The notes under the pieces are model-generated. The model saw only the letters and a program-made list of their open reading frames with translations, had not been told where the DNA came from and ran no database searches. A program made the translations under genes and the position numbers. A stretch of 64,000 nucleotides of DNA. Origin: Eledone cirrhosa. Its lineage: Eukaryota. Where the stretch lies: NCBI GenBank assembly GCA_964016885.1, contig OZ024747.1, forward strand, positions 93,682,001 to 93,746,000. Reading direction: 5' to 3'. Below, in pieces: positions 51,131 through 62,482 of this stretch (position 1 is its first letter; every line of letters starts with the position of its first letter).

Positions 51131-52098
51131 AATCTTGGATAATGACCGAAATGGGGTTCCTCCGAAGAATCTTTGGCGCAACGTTACTCGATGCGTGCGT
51201 AATTTGGAGATTGGTCATACCAGGTAGAGTTGCTTCTTCAAATTGAGCGATTACAGCTCCGGTACTGGCCATGTGGTTAGAATATCCCAGGGAAGATTTT
51301 CCAGGCAAAACCAACCACAGGAGACCTAGAGAAAGATTGTTAGATAATATCCGTGAGCTTGGCTGGTCTTGCTTCGGGATCCAGCCGGATCATTTGATGA
51401 AAGCAAGTAACGACAGGTTCTCGGGTTGCGAATAATCTTCCCCCCGCTTATTAAATTTTGTTGATCTTATCTTGGCGAAATGTTTCTTTATACATTAAAA
51501 TAAGGAAGTGGCTATGTATCCCATAAGAGTCTCAGACACCATGAGTTGCGGCCCGAGTTAACACAATTTGAAATCATTTAGTCATCCATTCGTAACGTAA
51601 ATACATAAACAGAATAACGTCATAAATAGTGGTCAAAGGGAAATAACTTCTCATCTCAATTTATACATTACAAATTAATAAAATGGATTTTATATCAACT
51701 TGAAACTGATTAAACAAACTATTGAACATATTTTGGAAAATACTTGTAGCAACATAACAATTTTTTTTATATAGAATATATTTTAAAGTAAGATATTCGA
51801 ACCTTTATTTCGAAGCTGAGGTACCCAGCTTCGCCCGGGTAAACAGATAAGAGAAGACGTAGAAAAGAAAACGTCGGTATTGGATGTGTTGTCTGGTTTA
51901 CAGTATAAATGTGTGTGTATAAACTAGAGTTCGAATCGGAGACGATTGCCGCGAAACGCGATCATCACTGATAACGAATGCACAGAGAGAATCCCTTATG
52001 GTTGATTCCCAACCTGCTAGAAATAGCAGTTAGATTGGTTACCATACCCGGGATGTTTTTCTTTGATGTTATAAAGTATCAGTATCAGTATCAAACTT

Positions 52099-52516
52099 GG
52101 CACTACCATGCTATTAGCTGTCAGAAGTGAAAGTTTCGTCAACCTTCTCAATCGTAAACATCGTTTATTTCCGTATTACCACGACTTCTGACAGCTAATA
52201 CCATGAACTTAAATGAATTTTCACCAACAGTGGAGTTACTTCTGACAGCTAATACCATGAACTATATTTTCATAGTCATGGTTATCAATGTAGAAAACAA
52301 GTCATTTTCACCAACAGTGGAGTTAACTTAAATGAAAATATAGGTGGCCCTTTAAAGGGCCAAATTAGAAAACAAATATATGGTTATCAAATTTTTTTCA
52401 CCAACCCTATACATGAAATTGATAACCATGACTGAAAATATAAATGATTAAAAGGGCCAAATTAGAAAACAAGTCATGGTTATTAAATAAATTGGATTTA
52501 ATCATGGCACTACAAC
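52099..52516. repeat. Mosaic of short segments shared with 45580-46075, including a stem-loop-like palindrome at 52346-52361
   Basis: Words such as ACTTCTGACAGCTAATA, TTTTCACCAAC, AAATTAGAAAACAA and CATGGTTATCAA recur in both orientations. Confidence 0.85.
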
Positions 52517-52529
52517 GCTATTTTTCCAT

Positions 52530-52895
52530 TTCATAACTTCACCAAACCACACCATACCAAGTTACACCATACTACATCGCACCAAGCTATTGATCTTGGT
52601 GTGAAAACATTTTTTCCCGTTTCCTTTTTTTTTTTCTGTGTGCTTACCACCCAATCTGACATTAAAGGTGCTCCCAATTTACATTTTTTTTTCACATATC
52701 AATAATTATGACATGGAAACATGTCGAAAATGACTATCTTTGTAGAAACTTCACCAAACCACACCATACTACATCACACCATGCTATTGATTTTGGTGTG
52801 ACAAATTTTCATTTGGCATTTTTTTTTGGTGTGCTTACCACCCAATTTGACATAAATGGTGCTTGCAAATTACTATTTTATGCACATATTATCAA
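52530..52895 (+). repeat. Two diverged ~205 bp tandem units (further relic at ~54780-54980)
   Basis: AACTTCACCAAACCACACCATAC and GTGTGCTTACCACCCAAT repeated. Confidence 0.75.
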
Positions 52896-52897
52896 TG

Positions 52898-54769
52898 AAA
52901 GAAATAGATGAAAGAATGAAGCAAAGTAATGAGTTACCGTTTTGATTGCCAGGCAAACGCGGCTGGCAGAAGACGCCTGGCAAAGGCCAGGCGCCGGAAG
53001 GGCAAATGAGAGAGTGAGAACTTAAAGTTGTTAGTTTTATAGGGTTCTGACCGGAACTTACAGAAAGGGTTCTACTTCCTGTCTAGATGTTGTTAATCTA
53101 TTGGAGTTGTGAGTCACAACAAGGGAGGCAACTGCTACATAACCTCCCGCCAGAATTTTAGAATATAAAAATCGAATGAAATATGTAGCAAGTTGGCGAG
53201 AATATTGTAACAGGCATGAAAATTACGACAAAAGAAAGTTTGCAAAAATCAATGATAGATATCAAGGTAGTCAACCGCTCTTGGCCAGAGAACGACTGGA
53301 CATCTATCTATCCGTCACCCAAAGATACAATGTAATAAAGTAAGAGAAGAGCTCAAAGTTCAAATGTACAAAATATAGTTCACAGGTGTGCAATCACATG
53401 ACAGCAGGAAAGAAAGTGTGTTCCAGAGAATGAATGCAGGTGGTTTCTGTTCTGTGGTATATCGTGAAATTTCCAACCTCCGAATGGATTTTCTCACAGG
53501 AAGAGTGCTGCAAAAATAAATTCTCTGGTTTGTTCTGCTGGTTTTGGTTGTTGGTGAAGCTGTGTTGCTGTTGATGTTGTCTCGCGGAGTGAGCGTATTC
53601 GGTGTTTAAATTCACAGTAAAAAAAAATTTTTTGGAAAAAATGAGTTGCGCAAAGTGCTAGAAATAACAGCCGAAGTTGATGGTCGATGTTGAGAATGCG
53701 TTGACCTGGAAGGGTCAAGAGGCCAGCGACCAAAGAAATAAGCATTCTGAATAAATGCGCAGTTTTCAACGGCAAATTTTTAAACCGGCAAATAGGAGAA
53801 TATAGCTTAAGGCTGAAGAATCCTTGGCGAGAAACGTTATCTCTGGCGTGCGGCTATCTCTGTGAGTCGAGAATTTGTGCTGCCTACACGTGCCAATACA
53901 AGGTTAAGTTAGGTTGAAAAAAATATTTCTAACGCGCGAGAAAATGAAAGTGCAACAGGTCGTTGGCAGCAATTTTGAAAAAAATGTGTGTGAAAGTGAC
54001 AATGATGAAAAAGAAAGGCTTCACTTAGCATAATTATTGGTGTGAACTTTGAAAATAAAACTTGAACGATGAAGAAAACGATGAAAAAAAAAAAAAAGGC
54101 AATGGTTCATCGAAAATAAATGTTCCTGTTGAAATGTTTTTAAAAAAAAATATCAAATTTTTTTTTTTTTGTTTTGTTTTGAAAGTGTTCGTTGTAAGAA
54201 ACGAGAAACATATATGTATCGTGAAATGCGACAGTTAGTTGATGCGTGAGAGAAAAAGTCTGTCTGTGCGAAAATTTCACATGTGCGTTTTTTTGACTGC
54301 GTATTTTCATAGTTTGTCAATAAAATTTGCTGCGTATTCGTAATGTTACTCACACAACAACAGATTCTGCTATTTTTTCTTTTTTCGGGGTGACCACTTA
54401 TAACAATGAACGGCTGCGTGTTTGTATCACGTCAGGGTTACCAATATAGCGGAGAACTAGTGTGTATGAATGTAACAAGGAGACATGGTTTGTGTGTATA
54501 ATATTTAATCAATAATTTAACAGTATAGCTGACATGTCAAAGAAATAGATGAAAGAATGAAGCAAAGTAATGAGTTACCGTTTTGATTGCCAGGCAAACG
54601 CGGCTGGCAGAAGACGCCTGGCGCCGGAAGGGCAAATGAGAGAGTGAGAACTTAAAGTTGTTAGTTTTATAGGGTTCTGACCGGAAGTTACAGAAAGGGT
54701 TCTACTTCCCGTCTAGATGTTGTTAATCTATTGGGGTTGTGAGTCACAACAAGGAAGGCAACTGCTACA
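52898..54769 (-). mobile_element. Non-autonomous LTR retrotransposon
   Basis: LTRs 54445-54769 and 52898-53139 (truncated) begin TGTAGCA; PBS TGGTAACCCTGACGTGAT (54426-54443) close to tRNA-Trp; purine tract GGCGGGAGG before the 3' LTR; no recognisable coding domain. Confidence 0.85.
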
Positions 54770-55290
54770 CTTATAACAAAGCACACCACAGCACATTAAT
54801 CTACCCCAATCCACACCATATACTTCGCCATAACCATACTTCACCATATGGTAAATTTATTACAGAACACCTACTCCTACCATTTACATCACACCAATGC
54901 TTGCAGTTGACTATTTTTTTCACATATTATGAATGAATATAACTTTGAAACCTATCGTCAATGATTAGCTTTGTAGAAAAATGAAGGCAGAAAGTGGGTG
55001 GAAAAACCATTCACAAAGCTAGTCATTTTTAATTGCAGTGGAAATCATATTTGTTGTTAATATGCTAACAAAATAGTCAATTGCAAGCATTTTGGAGGTT
55101 GGATTAGTTGATAGGACATAAAAAAACAAAGGAAAACAAATATTGTCAATATGTTCCTGTGGAAAGTTGGGTCTTCTGTATTACTGTGTGATGCCAGAGG
55201 TCATGGTCGTGTGTCATTGCCCTTGAGAGGTGCAATTGGGAAAGGTCGGCTTAGAAATATTTACTTCTGCGTTCACAGATTGATTTGTTT

Positions 55291-55342
55291 AGTTTTAGAA
55301 GATCCCATTAAGGGTGAAAGCAGCCGATTCTTTGCTTAAACT
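55291..55342 (+). ncRNA. Hammerhead-like motif, variant core TAGAAGA
   Basis: AGTTT-TAGAAGA-T-CCC-ATTAA-GGG-T-GAAA-GCA..TGC-TT-AAACT. Confidence 0.45.
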
Positions 55343-55660
55343 TTAATCTGTTATTTTAATAAATATTTGCTCTACGGTTCTTATATATTTGATATATATT
55401 TATCCTTATCGAGCCCTCTTTGGATGTTAGTCTTCAAATTTATTATTATTACTATTTGGCTCCCTTGACTGAGTACTCTATTGACTTATATTCATCATGC
55501 AGAAACATCTGAATATTTCTACAAAGAACATACCCATACCAATCAGGAAGAAATACCTAAAACTACGTCTCCACGAACCAAAGTATCGTCTTCCTGTCTT
55601 CCTTCGGTTGCAACGTTTTTCGAAATATTTACTTCTGCGTTCACAGATTGATTTTTTTTT

Positions 55661-55712
55661 AGTTTCAGAAGATCCCATTAAGGGTGAAAGCAGCCGATTC
55701 TTTGCTTAAACT
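55661..55712 (+). ncRNA. Hammerhead-like motif, variant core CAGAAGA
   Basis: All three stems pair; U4 replaced by A. Confidence 0.55.
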
Positions 55713-55822
55713 TTAATCTGTTATTTTAATAAATATTTTCTCTACGGTTCTTATATAATTGATATATATTTATCCCTATCGAGCCCTCTTTGGATTTTAG
55801 TCTTCATATGTATTATTATTAC

Positions 55823-55861
<39 letters not shown>

Positions 55862-55914
55862 ATATATTAGTTTATATATATGTGATCATATATATATATA
55901 TACATACATACATA

Positions 55915-56283
55915 TTGAGAGTATTGGCCTTGCAATCGAAAGGTTGTGAGTTCAATTCTCACACCGGGTGATGTGTTGTTTCCTTGAGCAAGACACTTTA
56001 TTTCACATTGCTCCAATTTACTCAGCTGTAGAAATGAGATGATAGGACTGGGGTCCCTATCATTCCACTGCAAAGTGGTCGTAGAGGTGCCACGGCAAAA
56101 AAGCACCCAGCCCACACTGTAAAGTGGATGTGGAGGTGCCACGGGAAAAAAGCACCCAGCACTCACTGTAAATGAGGTTGGTGTTAGGAAGGGCATCCAG
56201 CTGTAGAAATCAAGCCAGAATCAGTTCCCGTCCCACCCTTGCAAGCAGGGAAAAAGTGGACGTAAAATGAAATGATGATGAAT
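55915..56283 (+). mobile_element. tRNA-headed SINE with RTE-derived 3' tail
   Basis: GAGTTCAATTCTC B-box; tail matches RTE 3'UTR 60110-60360; inverted sister at 58862-59187. Confidence 0.8.
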
Positions 56284-56615
56284 GCTCCCAGCTGTGGTCA
56301 CCCCATAGTATCAAACTAACCATGGAGCTTGAAGCAATCCAATGAAGCTACACCAAGAAGGTTGCCACAATGAAGGAGATAAACTAATGGGAGAGTCTAA
56401 AAGAACTGAAACTCTACTCCTCGGAATGAAGACGAGAGAGATATGCAATGATATAGATATGGAAAATCTTGGGGGGACTAAGACCAAACTTTCGCATTGA
56501 GAGCTGGACCAATTCTCGAACAGGACGTCACTGTGTAGTACCAAAGGTCCCATCTTCCACATCTAGAACCAGGAGCAGCTATTGCAATAGCCTGGGGTTC
56601 AAAGGCCCTCAACTT
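56284..56615 (+). mobile_element. CR1-like LINE fragment
   Basis: Homologous to 60778-61293 (TGRHCVVPKVP..SLGFKGPQL). Confidence 0.75.
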
Positions 56616-56687
56616 GGTTTTCAAAATTTAAATTTGTGTTTTCTATTCATCAATGCTTCAAGCAAGCTATAAAACTCTGTTATATTT

Positions 56688-57722
56688 CATCATCATCATT
56701 TTATATCAGTTCTTCTATGCTGGCATGGGTTGTCCTGTTGTGGGCAGTGTCCGGTCGGCTGACCTTGTCTTGCTCATACGGGAACTGATTTTGGCTTGGT
56801 TTCTACAGCTGGATGCCCTTCCTAATGCCAAGCTCATTTACAGTGAGTACTGGGTGTTTTTTGTTGTGATTCCTCCACGACTACTTTACAGTGTGGACTG
56901 GGTGTCTTTTACCGTGTCACCATCACGACCACTTTACAGTGTTTCGGCCTGTTCTCATGAAAGATATATTGGCGGGTGGGATGGAGTGGTGCATACTGTA
57001 TGTATGTTTCAGCCTTGACCTGGGCCCGTAGGAAGTTGGGGTTTCTGTATTACCTCATAACGCCAGAGATCTTGGTCCTGTGTCATTGCCTTTCAGAGGT
57101 GCAATTGGGCAAGGTCGGCTTTTATCACTTCATCTCAAGTCTTTCTAGGACTTTATGTAGCTGTCATCCTTCATACGAATCACATGTCCATACCAATATA
57201 ATCTCCTCTCCTGCACACAACATTTGATTCCTCTTATGCCTAGTTTCTCTTTCAGTTTGTTTATGCTTTGCTGTTCGCGTATATTACTATTACACATCCA
57301 TCGGAGCATACAAGCTTCATTCCTTTCTAATCTACGCAAGTCTTCTACACACAGCGCCCCGCTCTCACTACCATGCAACATTGCTGTTCATATGCACACA
57401 TCATACAGTCTACCTTTTATTCTGAGGGAAAAGCCTTTTGTATCCAGCTGTGGCAGTAGCTCCCTCAACTTCTTCCACCCCGTTCTTTCAGAACACCCCC
57501 CTCCGCTGCTAATTCGGTATTGTTTTTACCAAGTCCTCCCAAACTTTGATGTCACTTGTTTTCAGTGATTGTTTGCTGCTTACTGTCTTGGTGCAACTGC
57601 TACATGTAAAGCCTACATTCTTAACTAAACTTCCTGAGTTCCCACTACATCTCTTGTGTACCCATAGTTTGCATATGGGGCAGAGGATGGAGTTTCTACC
57701 TACACCTCTCCTACATAATGAG
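56688..57722 (-). mobile_element. Degraded copy of the PHD-containing RTE LINE
   Basis: CSLCRRGVGRNSILCPICKLWVHKRC; MLHGSE..RRLYWYGHVIR; 3'UTR and (CAT)n tail. Confidence 0.88.
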
Positions 57723-57774
57723 CACACACACACACACACACACATATATACACACACTCACATATATATATATA

Positions 57775-58772
57775 CTAGCCGAATTACCAGCGCCTTGCTG
57801 CGTTTCACACATTTTTTTTGTAAGAAAATGATGATTGATTTTAAATCAGTGATATAATTTATGGAGAAAAACTCAATATTACTCAATGTAAAATATAATG
57901 CATGAAAAATTGGAAAACATCATTTTTTTGTAATATATCAAATCAAAATTGCATTATTAAATCTTATTCTTATTTTGTTTCTTGTAAATAATTTTTTTAA
58001 AATATCAATTGAAAACTTTTGTGAATAGGCATCATATCTTGTCATTTACCTATGGTTTAAGTTTCATATAAATCGAAAGGGAAAAGTTTTCAGCGGGGGT
58101 TTGTACCCCCGGGAACCTTGATAGGCGGTTTAACCACCATTAAGGTGTCTTATAGTATTGAAATTTTGTGAATAGGCATCATATCTCTTCATTTATCTAT
58201 GGTTTAAATTGCATATAAATCGAACCGAAAAAATTTTCAGTGGGGATTTTGTGCCCCCTGGTGAACCCTAATAGGGGGTTTAACCCCCATTAGGGTATTG
58301 TAATTTTATTGAAATTTGCTGAAATGATGTGAATAGGCATAATATCTTGTCGTTTACCTATGGTTTAAATTGCATATAAATCGAAGGGAAAACATTTTCA
58401 GCAGGGGTTTGTGCCACCGGTGAACCCTAATAGAGGGTTTAACCCCCATTAGGGTATTTTAATTTTATTGAAATTTGCTGAAATTTTGTGAATAGGCATC
58501 ATATCTTGTCATTTACCTATGGTTTAAATTTCATATAAATCGAAGGTAAAGTTTCAGCGGCGGTTTTGTGTCCCCGATGAACCCTTTGATTAAAATGAAA
58601 TATACTTATACAAGTACCCTGGGCAATGTAGTTTCAGAATATATATGGTTATGGATGGGGGTCTATCTCCAAAACCATAGGAGTTCGTAAAATCTTGTTC
58701 CATTTATTGGCCAAACTTTTCACTATAGGGCGTTTAACCCCCATTAGGGTGTCTTAATATTATTGAAATTTG
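57775..58772 (-). mobile_element. Helitron-like element with internal ~150-160 bp tandem repeats (58015-58590)
   Basis: Minus-strand end GCAGCAAGGCGCTGGTAATTCGGCTAG-T; four units beginning GTGAATAGGCAT. Confidence 0.65.
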
Positions 58773-58861
58773 CACACACACACATATATATATATATACA
58801 CAAACACACACACATATATATATATATATATACACAAACACACACACACACATATATATAT

Positions 58862-59187
58862 TCATTTCATTTTTACGTCCACTTTTCCCTGCTTGCAAGG
58901 GTGGGACGGGAACTGATTCTGGCTTGATTTCTACAGCTGGATGCCCTTCCTAACACCAACCTCATTTAGAGTGAGTGCTGGGTGCTTTTTTGCCGTGGCA
59001 CCTCCACGACCACTTTGCAGTGGAATGATATGGACCCCAGTCCCTATCATCTCATTTCTACAGCTGAGTAAACTGGAGCAATGTGAAATAAAGTGTCTTG
59101 CTCAAGGAAACAACACATCACCCGGTGTGAGAATTGAACTCACAACCTTTCGATTGCAAGGCCAATGCTCTAACCACTAAGCCATGT
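58862..59187 (-). mobile_element. Full-length tRNA-headed SINE with RTE tail
   Basis: TGGCTTAGTGGTTAGAGCA A-box, GAGTTCAATTC B-box. Confidence 0.85.
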
Positions 59188-59188
59188 G

Positions 59189-59225
<37 letters not shown>

Positions 59226-59242
59226 TATATATATATATATAT

Positions 59243-60377
59243 ACAGAAAACAGAACCCAGATCCCCTCAGGGAAATGGCCTTGCTCAGTATGTAGGAAAG
59301 GTGTAGGTAGGAACTCCATTCTTTGCCCCAAATGCAAACAATGGGTACACAAGAGATGTAGCGGGATCTCAGGAAGCTTAATTAAGAATGTAGGATTCAC
59401 ATGCAGCAGCTGTGCTGAAACAGCAAGCAAACAGCCACAGGAAACAAGTACCACCAATCTCTGGGAGGGCCCTGTAGAAACAGTAGACAGCTTCTGCTAC
59501 CTAGGTGACCGAATTAGCAACGGAGGTGGGTGCTCAGAAAGTACAATAACTAGGGTAAGAACGGGATGGAAGAAGTTTAGGGAACTACTACCACTGCTAG
59601 CTGCAAAAGGCTTCTCCCTCAGAATGAAAGGCAGACTGTATGATGCGTGTATCCGAACAGCGATGTTGCATGGTAGTGAGACCTGGGCGCTGAAGGTGGA
59701 AGACTTACGTAGATTAGAGAGAAACGAAGCCTGCATGCTCCGATGGATGTGTAACAGTAATATACGTGAACGACAAAGCATAAATGAATTGAGAGAGAGA
59801 CTGAGCATAAGAGGAATCAAATGCTGCGTGCAGGAGAGGCGGTTACGCTGGTATGGACATGTGATGCGTATGAAGGATGACAGCTGCATAAAAAGGTGCA
59901 GAGCACTAGAAGTTGATGGAAACCGCGGAGTGGGGAGACCCAAGATGACTTGGGATGAGGTGATAAAAGCCGACCTTACCCAACTACACCTCTCAAAGTC
60001 AATGACACACGACCGTGACTTCTGGCGTCACGCAGTAATACAGGGTACCCGACCTCCCATGGGTACATGCTGAAGCATATAAACAATATGCCCCCCCCCC
60101 CCCACCGCAAGGTGGCCGTGGAGGTGCCACGGCAAAAAAGCACCCAGCCCACACTGTAAAGTGGACGTGTAGGCGCCACGAAAAAGCACCCAGCACTCAC
60201 TGTAAATGAGGTTGGTGTTAGGAAGGGCATCCAGCTGTAGAAATCAAGCCAGATCAGTTCCTGTATGAGCAAGGCATGGTCAGCCGACCAGACACTGCCC
60301 ACAACAGGACAACCCGTCTAACCCATGCTAGCGTGGAAGAACGGACGTAAAACGGTGATGATGATGATGATGATGAT
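59243..60377 (+). mobile_element. 5'-truncated RTE LINE (open frame 59243-60073) with 3'UTR and (GAT)n tail
   Basis: Same family as 7585-8868; PHD-like finger, RRLRWYGHVMR, GRPKMTW. Confidence 0.92.
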
Positions 60378-60629
60378 ATACACAAACACACACACACACA
60401 CACATACATATATATACACACACATACACAAACACACACACACATATATCTTTTAGCAGAGCATTTTAATATTGCCACTCAATGAAAACCCTTTGTTTGT
60501 TTGGAATAAATGAATCTTGAAAATTAGGAGTGCCTGTCAGTGTGTATGTGTTTGTCTACTTAGCATCAATTTACTACCCTCCCCTACCACCAGAAAATGT
60601 ATAAATACCACGATATTACATTGATAGTC

Positions 60630-60681
60630 GGCTTTTCTGATGATTTCCTCTGAATGAAACAGTTCTAGCCCTGTTGAAGCC
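60630..60681 (+). ncRNA. Type I hammerhead, homologue of 36022-36072
   Basis: GGCTTTT-CTGATGA-T-TTC-CTCT-GAA-T-GAAA-CAG-TTCTAGCC-CTG-TT-GAAGCC. Confidence 0.65.
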
Positions 60682-60777
60682 ATTTCTATATTAAATATAT
60701 ATATATATATACTCTTTTAGCTGTTCCATCCATCCGGCTGAGACCATGATTGGGCACTGCCCTTGTTGCTACACATT

Positions 60778-61293
60778 CTATCTCCAGCCTGTGTTGGCTG
60801 GCCATTGATGTAAGAGGGAGTTCGTTGCTGCTGCCCTTAGGTTACCTTCGAACCGTGATGTGGGCTCATCTGGGATCCTGGATAACAGGGTGTCGAGAAG
60901 TTTCTTGAAAATATCCACGGCCACACCATGTAGATCTCTCAAATCCCTTGGCAGTTTGTTGAAGAGTTGAGGGCCTTTGAACCCCAGTCTATTGCAATAT
61001 CTGCTTCTTGTTCTAGATGTGGAAGACGGGACCTTTGTCACCACACAGTGACGTCCTGTTCGGAGGTTGGTCCCGCTCTCAATACCAAAGTTTGGCGCTA
61101 GTCCCTCCAGGATTTTCCACATGTATATCACTGCGTATCTCTCCCGTCTTCATTCCAAGGAGTAGAGTTTCAGTTCTTTTAGCCTCTCCCAGTAGCTCAT
61201 CTCCTTCATCGTGCAATCCTCTTGGTGTAGCTTCGTTGGATTGTCTCAAGTTCCATGGTTACTTTGATACTATGGGGTGACCACAGCTGGGAG
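60778..61293 (-). mobile_element. CR1-like LINE 3' fragment
   Basis: SYWERLKELKLYSL..RRERY..IYMWKILEGL..GPQLFNKLP..RIPDEP..RAAATNSL. Confidence 0.85.
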
Positions 61294-61501
61294 CAATAGT
61301 CCAGGCGGCTTAGGACAAATGGCCTTCATAGTATCAACATGGTCTCCCGGTCTCTTATATAGAAAACCTCAAATAAAAGTCAAGATTTGCTTCGATTTAA
61401 CAGAGCAGAAAGAATTCGCGTCAGAATATTCCAACCAATCCAGCCTCTATCAGCTGAATAAATATGTATATGGATATATATATATACACACCCACATGCA
61501 C

Positions 61502-61532
<31 letters not shown>

Positions 61533-61689
61533 TATATATACACAGACACACATACATACACGCATGCATGCATACATGATGGCTGCCCCCTTGTTATCGA
61601 GTATGGCCAGTGCACGATATACCATTATTAATTAATTCTATCGTGCAATTCCTGTGCGTGAAGATATTTAAAGTGAGGAAAGACTGTGC

Positions 61690-62178
61690 ACTGAGCCAAT
61701 CCCACTCTCTGAGCGACAGTAGCTATAACCCGAAAAGAAGAAAATATCAACACCATCGGTAACTACTGAGCCGCAGGTTTTATATCGGAGTTATCCCAGT
61801 TTCCTGAGTTGCCTTCTCCTAGAAGAATGCCCTGAAAAAGGCTAGGGGTCCTTCACTCCCAGTGGTTTAACTGCACGATCGGGTGTCCAGCCCGATTATT
61901 TCTATGTCCCCGCGCATGTACATACACATGCACCCATGTATATACACATATACATACATATGTACATGTGTATATACATATTTACACACTTTTGGATGGC
62001 CGTTGACTCTTATGAGATCTTCCGGCTTTTGTCAGGTTTTGTTTTTTGTCTTGCAGGGTGTCCAAAACACCCTCCTCACCAAGTAAACTTGGTGGGGTTA
62101 CCGGTTTAGTCGCCGACGACCGACCATGCGACAGGTTGTACTGGTTTACATGTTACCAATAGCACTCAAGAGTGACCC
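61690..62178 (-). mobile_element. RTE-like 5'UTR interrupted by microsatellite
   Basis: Homologous to 15590-15845; CTAGGAGAAGGCAACTC motif. Confidence 0.6.
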
Positions 62179-62482
62179 AACATACATACATACTACATGA
62201 TGGCTGCAAACTCGTGTTCAAGTATTGCCATCGCCCGATAAAATATTCAAAAATGTGAAGCACAAATGCGACTCTTTAAACCAGCCAAATACTTGCACCC
62301 TCTGGCACACACATGGCAACTTTAGGCTTCCCCGAAACCTTCCATTGCTTTGTTCTGGCTGTATGTTCACATGTATCTTTTAAGACCTCCCATGCTTGTA
62401 CATTTCTTACACCTTTTCAGATCATAATCTACATGAGGTCTACTGATATGACTTTGTTCGTGTCTAATCAAACCAGCTTTGC

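Larger units (their letters stand above)
55253..55825 (+). mobile_element. Partial-tandem Penelope-like pseudo-LTR pair (55253-55455, 55622-55825)
   Basis: ~200 bp direct repeats, each with a hammerhead-like fold; tail also at 37960-38055; ends in (TA)n. Confidence 0.65.

Noticed and set aside
51812-51845. Helitron-like terminal hairpin (ACCCAGCTTCGCCCGGGT)
   Set aside because: CTAG end missing and no other boundary identifiable
58015-58590. CRISPR-like regular repeats (also 52099-52516)
   Set aside because: Whole units repeat with no unique spacers; eukaryotic context, no cas genes
59120-59187. tRNA gene
   Set aside because: tRNA-like SINE head continuing into the SINE body; no acceptor stem closure or terminator
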